From a bacterium (GTDB taxonomy: Bacteria > Patescibacteriota > Dojkabacteria > B142 > OLB20), in contig JAJTYI010000002.1 of NCBI GenBank assembly GCA_021463645.1, forward strand, positions 12,080-76,079: DNA of 64,000 nt. The letters run 5' to 3'. The position numbers and the translations under genes were made by a program. Below the pieces are notes generated by a model. It was not told where the DNA came from, did no database searches, and saw nothing but the letters and a program-made list of their open reading frames with translations. Within the stretch, counting starts at the first letter, position 1; every line of letters starts with the position of its first letter. Shown piece after piece: positions 36,244 through 44,917 of the stretch.

Positions 36244-38265
36244 ATGTCAGAAGATACTAAACAAAAACTATTCGATGTGCTCGATAACCTATACTATTCG
36301 TGGGATTATCACGCTACCCTTCCTGTCATAGATGAGTTTGAAGAAGGTTGGAGAAGACACCCTGCCCCCAAAAGTCACTTAGACGATTTTGGATCTCATA
36401 AGTTAGTCGAAATAATTGAAAGTAACTCAACAAGTATTAATGAAAGTTCAAAACGTCTCGAAAATTATTTAAGCCGTAATACATGGTTTGACAAATTTGT
36501 GACAGAAAATCCAAAATTCGAAGTACTCAAATCAAATCCAATAGCATATTTTTGCATGGAATTTGGTTTAATTGACTGGTTGCAAATTTACTCAGGAGGA
36601 CTTGGAGTATTAGCTGGAGACTATTTGAAGGAAGTTAGCGATCTTGGGATTCCTGTTGTTGGAATTGGGATTTTCTATAACCAAGGATATTTCCACCAAA
36701 GATTTTCTCCGGACGGAAGACAACTCGATGAATACCTTACACAAGATCCGCTAGATTTCCCACTGACACTTGTGAAAGATAAACTTGGAAGCACATTGAA
36801 GGTTCAAATTGACATCAAGGATCACGTTGTCTATGCACAAGCTTGGGAATTAAAGATTGGTAGAGTTTCTCTTTACCTCCTTGATACGAATATTGACGAA
36901 AACAGACTAGAAGAAGATAAAATGATAAGCGCACACCTTTACGGTGGTGATAATGACACTCGAATTCGTCAGGAAATTTTACTAGGAATTGGTGGAGCAA
37001 GACTATTAAGGGAGCTCGAGATTGATCCATCGATTTTTCATATGAACGAAGGTCACTCTGGATTTCTTGTACTTGAAATCGCCAAACAACTTATGCAGGA
37101 GAAGAATATTGACTTTTTGACTGCAATGAGGGAGGTCGATGCTGAGCTCGTATTCACAAATCACACATTAAAGCCTGCTGGTAATGATAATTTCCCATAT
37201 GAATTAGTCGCGAGTTACCTCTACGCATATTGCGATGACCTAGACACAAACCTAGAGGCTATATTCGAGCTTGGCAGAGATGACGATTACTCTTCTGGGA
37301 ACTTCTCTATGACAATGCTCGGCTTTAGACATGCAAAAGTATCCACTGCTGTAAGCAAACTCCACGGAGAAGCAGCATCTAGAATATGGCCTAAATATCC
37401 ACTACTGCCGGTAACAAATGGAACACATGTCCCAACATGGCTAAATCCTGAATTAAACAAATTATTAGAGAATCATCTAGGTTTTGATTGGGCTCTGAAT
37501 CCTCTTGAGGTCGACCTAAATAAAATTTACAATATCCCCCAAAAAGATTTATGGGATGTGCATATTCGTAGAAAACATAAGTTAATTAACTCCCTGAATC
37601 GAGAACTCTCTTTAAATTTAAATCCCGAAGCATTAACAATTGCATGGTCACGAAGGCTGGCATCATATAAACGACCGGACTTGATCATTTCGGATATAGA
37701 GAGAATGAAGCGCATAGTAAACAATTCAGAACGACCTGTTCAAATATTAATCGCAGGGAAAGCACACCCAAGAGATATATCAGCAGTTGACCTATTACAA
37801 AAGATAAATCAACAACTCAGTTCGGCAATTAACTCCGAACTTTCACAAAAAGTTGTTGTCATTCCTGATTACAACTGGAAGTTAGCAAAAGCGATGGTGT
37901 CTGGTTCTGATGTTTGGTTAAACACACCATTTAGATTTGAAGAAGCGTCTGGAACTAGTGGTATGAAAGCTTGCTTAAATGGAGTACTACAACTAACCAC
38001 ATTAGACGGCTGGACGGACGAAGTCGAATGGGCTGACAAAGGATTTATTGTCGACCACAACGATCCTGTCACATCCCTACATGACAATTTAGAATTTATT
38101 GTAACTCCACTTTTCTTTGATAGAAACCATGATGGTTACAATGAAAAGTGGGTGAAGATGATGATTGAAAGCATAGTATTAGCTGTAAAAGATTTCTCTT
38201 CAACGAGAATGGTAAAAGATTACCTAGAGAAAGTTTACTCACAAATCCTCACAGAAAAACACTGA
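36244..38265 (+). CDS. glgP: Alpha-glucan (glycogen) phosphorylase, GT35 short type
   Basis: YFCMEFGL..YSGGLGVLAGD N-terminal motif and the PLP-lysine region EASGTSGMKA. Confidence 0.85.
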   Translation: MSEDTKQKLFDVLDNLYYSWDYHATLPVIDEFEEGWRRHPAPKSHLDDFGSHKLVEIIESNSTSINESSKRLENYLSRNTWFDKFVTENPKFEVLKSNPIAYFCMEFGLIDWLQIYSGGLGVLAGDYLKEVSDLGIPVVGIGIFYNQGYFHQRFSPDGRQLDEYLTQDPLDFPLTLVKDKLGSTLKVQIDIKDHVVYAQAWELKIGRVSLYLLDTNIDENRLEEDKMISAHLYGGDNDTRIRQEILLGIGGARLLRELEIDPSIFHMNEGHSGFLVLEIAKQLMQEKNIDFLTAMREVDAELVFTNHTLKPAGNDNFPYELVASYLYAYCDDLDTNLEAIFELGRDDDYSSGNFSMTMLGFRHAKVSTAVSKLHGEAASRIWPKYPLLPVTNGTHVPTWLNPELNKLLENHLGFDWALNPLEVDLNKIYNIPQKDLWDVHIRRKHKLINSLNRELSLNLNPEALTIAWSRRLASYKRPDLIISDIERMKRIVNNSERPVQILIAGKAHPRDISAVDLLQKINQQLSSAINSELSQKVVVIPDYNWKLAKAMVSGSDVWLNTPFRFEEASGTSGMKACLNGVLQLTTLDGWTDEVEWADKGFIVDHNDPVTSLHDNLEFIVTPLFFDRNHDGYNEKWVKMMIESIVLAVKDFSSTRMVKDYLEKVYSQILTEKH

Positions 38266-38283
38266 ATCTGATAAAATACTTTT

Positions 38284-38946
38284 ATGGAAGTAAAGATTCA
38301 TCTAAGCTGGAAAAAACTCCTGAAAACCGAATTCGAGAAAGAATATTTTCTTAAATTAATCGATTTTGTTAAGTACGAATATACTTCAAATGTAATTTAC
38401 CCTCCTGGACCTCTAATTTTTAATGCATTTAATCAAACTCCACTTGATCAAGTAAAGGTTGTTATCTTGGGACAAGACCCTTATCACGGTCAAGGTCAAG
38501 CACATGGACTGGCGTTCTCTGTCCATGACGGTGTTCCACTACCTCCATCTCTTAAAAACATCTTTAAAGAACTCAAATCTGATGTTGGTATGGATTTACC
38601 CGAATCAGGAAATCTAACCAAATGGGCACAACAGGGGGTGTTTTTATTAAATAGTGTGCTTACAGTAAGAAAATCTACCCCAGGTAGCCACGCAAAAAAG
38701 GGCTGGGAAACATTTACCGACTATGTTATTAAGGTCCTCTCGGATAATAAAGGACATTTAGTCTTCCTACTTTGGGGAAATTACGCAATTACAAAGGAAA
38801 ATCTGATTGATGAAAATAAACATTTAATTCTCAAAGCTCCCCACCCTTCACCATTTTCTGCTGACAGAGGATTTTTTGGTTGTAAGCATTTTAGTAAGAC
38901 TAACGTTTACTTAAATAAGTACAATATTTCAACTATTAATTGGTAG
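38284..38946 (+). CDS. ung: Uracil-DNA glycosylase, family 1
   Basis: VVILGQDPYHG water-activating loop, LLNSVLTV and HPSPFSA. Confidence 0.9.
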   Translation: MEVKIHLSWKKLLKTEFEKEYFLKLIDFVKYEYTSNVIYPPGPLIFNAFNQTPLDQVKVVILGQDPYHGQGQAHGLAFSVHDGVPLPPSLKNIFKELKSDVGMDLPESGNLTKWAQQGVFLLNSVLTVRKSTPGSHAKKGWETFTDYVIKVLSDNKGHLVFLLWGNYAITKENLIDENKHLILKAPHPSPFSADRGFFGCKHFSKTNVYLNKYNISTINW

Positions 38947-38967
38947 AATATTCAAGAGTTCAGTTAC

Positions 38968-39369
38968 TTGCCATTAATCACACATATAGGGAAGTCCGAA
39001 CAAGGGGATGCGATTAAATCAACACTCGACACTATTATAAATTGGATAAATACTCCGGTAGAAGATCATGAGATACCACCTTACACAGAGGGTATCGAAG
39101 CAGTTAACAAATTTGTTTTTTCACCAACATTTCAAGAATTCTGGTATGGTAGCATTCTAGAACCACATGAATGCATAAGTATTTTGTATGGGGCAATTCA
39201 ACATCCCCTCTACAAAGGATACGAATTAATAATTGAAGGAACAGTAGGAAGTGTTCTTCTGTTTGATGAACCAAAGTTATCGGGGGATGAAATAAACCAA
39301 CTTTACGATAAAGGCAAACTTCCTTTGGATTATAACGGCAATTTGGTTCTCCCTTATTGCGAATCGTAA
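38968..39369 (+). CDS. Hypothetical protein
   Basis: 133-aa ORF with a TTG start and no recognised motif. Confidence 0.4.
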   Translation: MPLITHIGKSEQGDAIKSTLDTIINWINTPVEDHEIPPYTEGIEAVNKFVFSPTFQEFWYGSILEPHECISILYGAIQHPLYKGYELIIEGTVGSVLLFDEPKLSGDEINQLYDKGKLPLDYNGNLVLPYCES

Positions 39370-39424
39370 TTATTAAATTCCTTGATTAAACCATACTGCC
39401 AAAACGCTCGCTCCTATGCAAAAA

Positions 39425-39540
39425 TGTCATTCCTGAGACAAACTGTCACTCCTGCGACTAATTGTCACTCCTGCGAAGGCAGGAGTCTATTCCAAGTCCT
39501 ACATTATAAAGGATAGATTCCTGCCTTCGCAGGAATGACA
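39425..39540. repeat. MITE/REP-like element with nested palindromes
   Basis: Three direct TGTCA[CT]TCCTG[AC]GA words are followed by TGTCACTCCTGCGAAGGCAGGA. About 34 nt later comes its inverted partner TCCTGCCTTCGCAGGAATGACA. Each arm is itself a CCTGC-GAA-GCAGG hairpin. Confidence 0.7.
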
Positions 39541-39565
39541 TAGTGCTGATGGTTGGGAGTAAAAG

Positions 39566-40279
39566 TTAATTCTTCCCATTCGTCGCTCTCCCAAACTTCC
39601 TCACAATAAATGCAATACTTAATAAAGTTGTAAAGAGTGCGATATAGATTAATACCATATACATTGGGTTACGTTCGAATAGTCCCATAACAATTAAAAT
39701 TGCGGGAAATATCTGAAAAGGCATACTAATCGCAGATGAAATTAGATACGATTTAAACGAAATTTTTGAAAAACCTGCTATATAAGCCAGATAATCCATC
39801 GATGAAAAAGCTAAGAATCTATACATAATCAAATGATGGGGCATTAATCTGTGATCATATCCATCAATTTTATTTATCAATTTAGGGAACCTCCTGATTA
39901 ATCTCTCCCTACCATAATGTCTGGCGATGTAGAAACTCATCGAAGTAGCAGTTAAATAACTCGCATAAATAGCTAAGAACGTCTCCAAGGGTCCAAAAAC
40001 TACTGTTCCTACATAAATTAGGAAATTATCAGGAAATGGGGTTAGCGAGAACAAAACTTGGAGAAAATACAACATTACTATCCCAGCTTTTTCAATAGGT
40101 TCGACTAAAGGCTCAATGATAGTGCGGTCTATGTCGTACTTTATGAAAAGACCTAGAATTATGAAATAGATGAATGCGCCGATAGAAATCAAAACTACAC
40201 GTTTTCTAACGTAAGGAGAAGCTGAATACTTCCTATAGTAGTATATGAAATCGGAAATTAGTGGAATGTTTTTGGACAT
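39566..40279 (-). CDS. DedA/VTT (TVP38/TMEM64-type) membrane protein
   Basis: ..LTPFPDNFLIYVGTVVFGPLETFL....FYIARHYGRE pattern; 5-6 TM helices. Confidence 0.6.
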   Translation of the reverse strand: MSKNIPLISDFIYYYRKYSASPYVRKRVVLISIGAFIYFIILGLFIKYDIDRTIIEPLVEPIEKAGIVMLYFLQVLFSLTPFPDNFLIYVGTVVFGPLETFLAIYASYLTATSMSFYIARHYGRERLIRRFPKLINKIDGYDHRLMPHHLIMYRFLAFSSMDYLAYIAGFSKISFKSYLISSAISMPFQIFPAILIVMGLFERNPMYMVLIYIALFTTLLSIAFIVRKFGRATNGKN

Positions 40280-40331
40280 CCAGAATAATTAAACAGCTAC
40301 ATATTAACATTTTTGGATGGAACTTTAAGGA

Positions 40332-41525
40332 TTAATGGTGATGGTCAATTTCTCTTTCATCACCAAGGTTAATTTTATACTTAGTGACGACATAACAAGC
40401 AAGAGCAGTGGTAATAGGAACTGCGATTATTAGTCCTATGCTTCCCACAAGCATACGAACTATTTCAGTAGCCACTAGCTCATAACTTAGGAGTTCCTCG
40501 AATGGTCGTGGATTATTCATAAATAGCAGCAGAAGGGGCATAGATGCACCCGTATATACCAAAACCAAAGTATTCACCATAGATGAAATATGGTCTTTGC
40601 CAACCTTTATTGATCTCGAAAACAGTTCACCAAAAGTTATCTTCTTTTTCAAATCATAAAGTTGGAAGACAATTGAAGTTTGAGATACTGTCACATCATC
40701 CATAACTCCCATCGTACCAATGATAATACCCGCTAGTAATAAGTCTTTAAGGTTATAAACAGTTCCACCAATGTTCTGCAGGAACAAAGCCTCTTCCGAA
40801 GCACCACCTGTGAGATTGACTAGATTTACAAAATAAATCGCAAGTAGACCAGTAATAACAAGTGATATGAAAGTGCCAACGATGGAGATGGTTGTTTTAA
40901 ACTGAAAACCGTGTGAGAGATAGAAAGTAATCGGGATTATGACGATTGATGATAAAATTGCAACCAGCACAGGGTCTTTTCCTGCCTGTATCTGAGGTAG
41001 TACAAATATAAAAATGATAGCGAATGAAATAATCAAAGAAAGAATCGATAGTGCACCTCTTTTAAAGCCAATTACCAAAGTAAGCAATACAAAACTTAAA
41101 AACAAAACTGCCAATCCATTCGTACGATCAAAGTCAGTTATGAAAAACAAAGCTTTTCCATTTTGATCTCTTGTATAACTTAAATATACAGTATCCCCTA
41201 CTTCATAAATAATTTCCTGCAATGATGAGGTACTTCCGTTTTCTACCTCGACTTTCTCCCCTTTGAAATCTCCGTTTGTTATGGTTATTAATAACCTTTG
41301 ATACATCTGTTCCCCATCTATGTATTCCACTAACTCTTCTTCGAGGATTTCTGTTACCGTTCCTTTGAAATATTCCGTCTGAGGGATTTCAGCTTCTGGT
41401 TGGAGGACTTCATCGATTACCGATGTTGATTCCTCGAATAGGTTTTCCTGTGCTTTGGTATTAATTAATGAACCACCAAATATTAATATACATAGTGTTG
41501 ACGCAATAATTAATATTTTACTCAT
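40332..41525 (-). CDS. YibE/F-family membrane protein
   Basis: Signal/anchor plus soluble N-domain, then a multi-TM region with GVMDDVTVSQ, characteristic of YibE/F. Confidence 0.75.
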   Translation of the reverse strand: MSKILIIASTLCILIFGGSLINTKAQENLFEESTSVIDEVLQPEAEIPQTEYFKGTVTEILEEELVEYIDGEQMYQRLLITITNGDFKGEKVEVENGSTSSLQEIIYEVGDTVYLSYTRDQNGKALFFITDFDRTNGLAVLFLSFVLLTLVIGFKRGALSILSLIISFAIIFIFVLPQIQAGKDPVLVAILSSIVIIPITFYLSHGFQFKTTISIVGTFISLVITGLLAIYFVNLVNLTGGASEEALFLQNIGGTVYNLKDLLLAGIIIGTMGVMDDVTVSQTSIVFQLYDLKKKITFGELFSRSIKVGKDHISSMVNTLVLVYTGASMPLLLLFMNNPRPFEELLSYELVATEIVRMLVGSIGLIIAVPITTALACYVVTKYKINLGDEREIDHHH

Positions 41526-42754
41526 GATCCAAACATTAAAACTTCAGGCTTAAATATTAACAAAATTCCAATTATTAATATTAAAATCCCTCCAATTATC
41601 CCAGAAATTCTCGAATATTTCCTAGTAATTCCAACGACCTCGAGAGATTTGATAGCGATGAAAAACACTGCCAAATCATCAATCATAAATATGATGACAT
41701 AAAGTAGGATGTAGGAATAATGTTTGACAATAGGCAAATCTATAGATGAAAGTAAATTCGTATATACTGCTGGAAGTCCAGCAGAACATACCACTTCGAC
41801 CAAATTGACAGAAATTGCTAAGGTAATCATCCCCAATATTGCTAATGCATAGTTCTTTTCGGCAATAGTCTTTTTAATTCGATCCATAAGCGAAACTCGT
41901 TTATCCTTGTCAACAGAGTGGCACTCTCCTTTTGTGATTAATCCATTTCTAAGATGAATAATTCCGCTTATGATTGCGACGATTCCGATTATCACCTTTA
42001 TCCAATAAACATAGCCAATAAACTTGAACAAGTTGAACCACGCAGATAGGAAGAGGAAATAAACAAATCCTGATGTGATAATGAATGTAGAACCCAGGAT
42101 GTAGAGTTTCTTTCTGTCCTTCATGTTCACGAGCATAGTGATGAGGAAAATCAAAATCCACATCGCACAGGGGTTGAATCCATCAACAAAAGCTATCAAT
42201 ATCGTGGCAATTGGTAGGGAAAAGTCACGCAGATTCACACTTCCAAATAACGGGATATCGATTAAAACTTCGTCTTTTGGAGATTCAACTTTTTTCTCTT
42301 CTTCTATTTTTTCGCTAGGGACAACATCTCCATCATTAAGAATGTAATTTGTTACTACATCTTCGCAACTATTTTCAAAACAATAATTCACCAACGCTTC
42401 GATTTCAGCTCCGGTCGTTACATCAGACCCATACCCAAGTAAATATTGATCACCGATAATTAAAAATGGAACTCCTCCTTGTTCAATTTGGAAAATTTCG
42501 AGCGCTTCATTGAAATATTGTGAATTCTGGGAATTGTAATAGGATTCATATTTGTTAAGCTCAACTTTATTACCCCACTCAGGTTGTTTTCTATCTAGAA
42601 AATCAATTTCTTTTGCACAATGAGGGCACCCCTCACCATAGAACAAATGCATCACTACGGGACTTTCTACATCTTGCGCTTTTACTCCATTAAGTGGAAA
42701 GACAGTAAATAAAACGGAGAGGGTTAAAACAAAAATCAGCAGTATTTTTTTCAT
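41522..42754 (-). CDS. Secreted thioredoxin/glutaredoxin-like domain fused to a CcdA/DsbD-like polytopic membrane domain
   Basis: Signal peptide, the GCPHC redox motif with the GVPFLIIG cis-Pro loop, then six TMs beginning FVDGFNPCAMWIL. Confidence 0.6.
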   Translation of the reverse strand: MKKILLIFVLTLSVLFTVFPLNGVKAQDVESPVVMHLFYGEGCPHCAKEIDFLDRKQPEWGNKVELNKYESYYNSQNSQYFNEALEIFQIEQGGVPFLIIGDQYLLGYGSDVTTGAEIEALVNYCFENSCEDVVTNYILNDGDVVPSEKIEEEKKVESPKDEVLIDIPLFGSVNLRDFSLPIATILIAFVDGFNPCAMWILIFLITMLVNMKDRKKLYILGSTFIITSGFVYFLFLSAWFNLFKFIGYVYWIKVIIGIVAIISGIIHLRNGLITKGECHSVDKDKRVSLMDRIKKTIAEKNYALAILGMITLAISVNLVEVVCSAGLPAVYTNLLSSIDLPIVKHYSYILLYVIIFMIDDLAVFFIAIKSLEVVGITRKYSRISGIIGGILILIIGILLIFKPEVLMFGS

Positions 42755-43017
42755 AGATTCTTATATTTCTCAATTAATTCTAATAACTTCTTTTTCGAGA
42801 CTTCTCCGACTTCACGATGAACTTCATCATCATTTTTACTCAAGAAAATAAATGTTGGAAAGTCTTCGATTTTATATTGTTCAACTAATTCTGGATGTTC
42901 GTCCACATCATAATATTCTGTCTTTAGATCTGGATTTTCATCCTCGATTTCTTTCCATCTTGGCTTCATAACTAGGCATCCCGAACACCAGACTGCTCCG
43001 AACTTAAGAATTTTCAT
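42751..43017 (-). CDS. Thioredoxin
   Basis: MKILKFGAVWCSGC (WCxxC), about 88 aa. Start moved to ATG 43017. Confidence 0.8.
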   Translation of the reverse strand: MKILKFGAVWCSGCLVMKPRWKEIEDENPDLKTEYYDVDEHPELVEQYKIEDFPTFIFLSKNDDEVHREVGEVSKKKLLELIEKYKNL

Positions 43018-43276
43018 GTTTATTAAAGATAACAATTAAATTCATTAATGATTCTACAACGGGTTTTTTATCATTTTTCAATGAGTAGATAATGTGCTGG
43101 CCTTCGCGATAACTTTCCACATAATTCATTTCTTGGAGGGTTTTTAGATGATGGGAAACTAAATTGTGCTTGAGTTTAAGTTTCTCAACAATTTCACAAA
43201 CACATGTACTATCTTTTTGTAAGATTTTGAGTATCTCAAGTCTGTTTGGAACGAGAAGTGAATTTAATTTCGACAT
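43004..43276 (-). CDS. ArsR/SmtB-family transcriptional regulator
   Basis: ..RLEILKILQKDSTCVCEIVEKLKLKHNLVSHHLKTLQEMNYV wHTH signature. Start moved to ATG 43276 (MSKLNSLL). Confidence 0.8.
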   Translation of the reverse strand: MSKLNSLLVPNRLEILKILQKDSTCVCEIVEKLKLKHNLVSHHLKTLQEMNYVESYREGQHIIYSLKNDKKPVVESLMNLIVIFNKHENS

Positions 43277-43284
43277 ATTATTAC

Positions 43285-43304
43285 ATTTCAATGACCATTG
43301 AAAT
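43285..43304. promoter_or_regulatory. Candidate ArsR operator (9-2-9 palindrome)
   Basis: ATTTCAATG-AC-CATTGAAAT lies 9 nt upstream of the arsR-like ATG, with TTGACT about 30 nt further upstream on the sense strand. Confidence 0.5.
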
Positions 43305-43360
43305 ATATAATAGAAAATGGGTGAAGTCAATAACCTTGAAGATTTGGAATATATTAACAT

Positions 43361-43520
43361 GAGATCCCCGCTGGAGTTTACACCAAACCTGATTTGGTGC
43401 GGGGATATCTATTAATTTCCCTGACTTGATCAGGGATCTCTAGACTGTGAATTACCTAAGAGATACCTTATATAGAAAAGTTTGAGAGAGATACCCTTTT
43501 CCGAGGGGAAATTAAAATCA
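43361..43520. repeat. REP-like hairpin modules (GAGAGAT-CCC family)
   Basis: Nested stems ATCCCCGC..GCGGGGAT around CACCAAA..TTTGGTG, then TTTCCCTGACTTGATCAGGGATCTCTAG, then GAGAGAGATACCCTT-TTCCGA-GGGGAAATTAAA. Colinear with 33858-33980. Confidence 0.7.
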
Positions 43521-43544
43521 CTCAATTTCTTAAATTCTTCATTT
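43521..43544 (-). repeat. Purine-rich post-stop motif, core copy G
   Basis: The sense strand reads AAATGAAGAATTTAAGAAATTGAG. The TGA inside it is the stop of the 62-aa ORF. Confidence 0.6.
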
Positions 43545-43727
43545 ACTTGAAGGTGGCCAAACAACCGCCTGTAACTTTGGATTATTCAAATCTTTATCTG
43601 TGATGTGTCCTCCCCCACCCGCATCTTCAGCATCTCGCACCTCTGCCAGATTTTCAGCATCCCCTGGAGTAACTTGGAGTCTTTCTCCGTCATAACCTAA
43701 CGGTTTTGGTGTCGGATTAGTTTCCAT
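43539..43727 (-). CDS. Small hypothetical protein (62 aa), more G+C-rich than its surroundings
   Basis: ATG-initiated ORF between two motif copies; no recognised domain. Confidence 0.35.
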   Translation of the reverse strand: METNPTPKPLGYDGERLQVTPGDAENLAEVRDAEDAGGGGHITDKDLNNPKLQAVVWPPSSK

Positions 43728-43732
43728 ATTTT

Positions 43733-43783
43733 TATTTCTTAATATCTTAATTTCTAAATTTCTTCATTTCCACATTCCTGAAA
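43733..43783 (-). repeat. Purine-rich post-stop motif, copy A
   Basis: The sense strand reads ..GGAATGTGGAAATGAAGAAATTTAGAAATTAAGATATTAAGAAAT, starting 5 nt after the stop at 43788. Confidence 0.7.
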
Positions 43784-43787
43784 GTAG

Positions 43788-44777
43788 TTATACCTCACTA
43801 ATAACATCAAAACCTTTGAAACTTCCAGTGATTGCTAAGCCAATTAATTTCCCTTCACATAATCCTTTTCGCTTAATTTGAGCAGCAGTTTCATTTAATG
43901 TTGCACCAGAACCTACAGCATCATCAATTAACAAGATGTTTTTATACTTTTTGTTATCTTCTACAACAATAGTGTGTTTTGCATTTTCTATACGATCTCC
44001 CAATTTACTCAAAGTCTTTTGAGGTACCGATATTTCCGTTTTTATTTTACTTACCTTAAGAATCGGCAAAGGAAGACTTAAATTGCGTTCCAACTCTTTC
44101 ATGAATTGAACTTCTCTTTTTACTGTCGGTGGGATGAATACTATTCCATCAACATCATATCTTTTAACTAGTTGAAGTAATTTGGGGTGGATTTCGTCTG
44201 ATAGAGATTTAATTAATTTTTTATCTTGGCTTTGCTTTGCATACAGTAATAATTGTCCAATCCTAGTTTTTCCAAATCTCTCAATACTATAGAAATCTAT
44301 ATAATATAGTCTGTCAAGATTCACTAAGTTAAAAGTCATCTTAAGTTTATCCAAACCACTGATAAAACCTTTTTGTTTATACTTACTATATTTATCAAGT
44401 GTTTTCACGTATTCTTTTGCTGTTTTAATAGGATTCTGATTTGTTTTTTCACACCACATCACGAACCCCTCCCAACCTTGCTTTTGTTCTCCTCGAGGCG
44501 AGATATACAAATAATTCTTGTCAATTTTATTTTTTACGCTTTTATCAATTACTTCATATTCAAGACCCAATGATTTAGCTTTTCTGTCAGTATCATTTAT
44601 AAGGTAAAATACCTTTGGAGGTTTTCCAACCTTACGTAATTGTCCAGATTCTAGAAGACTTTTAAGCTGTTTTCTAACCGCTCTAGGAGTAATGTCCTGC
44701 AAGTAATCGACCAGCTCTTTTCCACTGGCTTGATTATTTTCACGAATGTATTGAATGATTTTTTCTGAAGTTTTCAT
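43788..44777 (-). CDS. Winged-helix DNA-binding domain fused to a ComF-like phosphoribosyltransferase domain
   Basis: N-terminal wHTH (IIQYIRENNQASGKELVDYLQDITPRAVRKQLKSLLESGQL). C-terminal PRTase loop ILLIDDAVGSGATLNE with ComF-like upstream pattern (..IVFIPPT.., RIENAKHT). Confidence 0.7.
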   Translation of the reverse strand: MKTSEKIIQYIRENNQASGKELVDYLQDITPRAVRKQLKSLLESGQLRKVGKPPKVFYLINDTDRKAKSLGLEYEVIDKSVKNKIDKNYLYISPRGEQKQGWEGFVMWCEKTNQNPIKTAKEYVKTLDKYSKYKQKGFISGLDKLKMTFNLVNLDRLYYIDFYSIERFGKTRIGQLLLYAKQSQDKKLIKSLSDEIHPKLLQLVKRYDVDGIVFIPPTVKREVQFMKELERNLSLPLPILKVSKIKTEISVPQKTLSKLGDRIENAKHTIVVEDNKKYKNILLIDDAVGSGATLNETAAQIKRKGLCEGKLIGLAITGSFKGFDVISEV

Positions 44778-44795
44778 ATTTTATTATAGCAAATA

Positions 44796-44817
44796 AGTTC
44801 CTAGTTCACTAGGAACT
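44796..44817. promoter_or_regulatory. Candidate operator (10-2-10 perfect palindrome) over the promoter of the wHTH-PRTase gene
   Basis: AGTTCCTAGT-TC-ACTAGGAACT lies 19 nt upstream of the ATG and is adjacent to TATAAT on the sense strand. Confidence 0.45.
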
Positions 44818-44865
44818 AGGAACCTTCTTAGTTTTCCATGAAATACGTTTAAACAAGTGTGTGGG

Positions 44866-44904
44866 TTTGAATTTTAAATTTCTTCATATCTAAATCTCTA
44901 CATC
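44866..44904 (-). repeat. Purine-rich post-stop motif, copy B
   Basis: The sense strand reads GATGTAGAGATTTAGATATGAAGAAATTTAAAATTCAAA, after the stop at 44918. Confidence 0.65.
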
Positions 44905-44917
44905 TTTTATCTGGATT

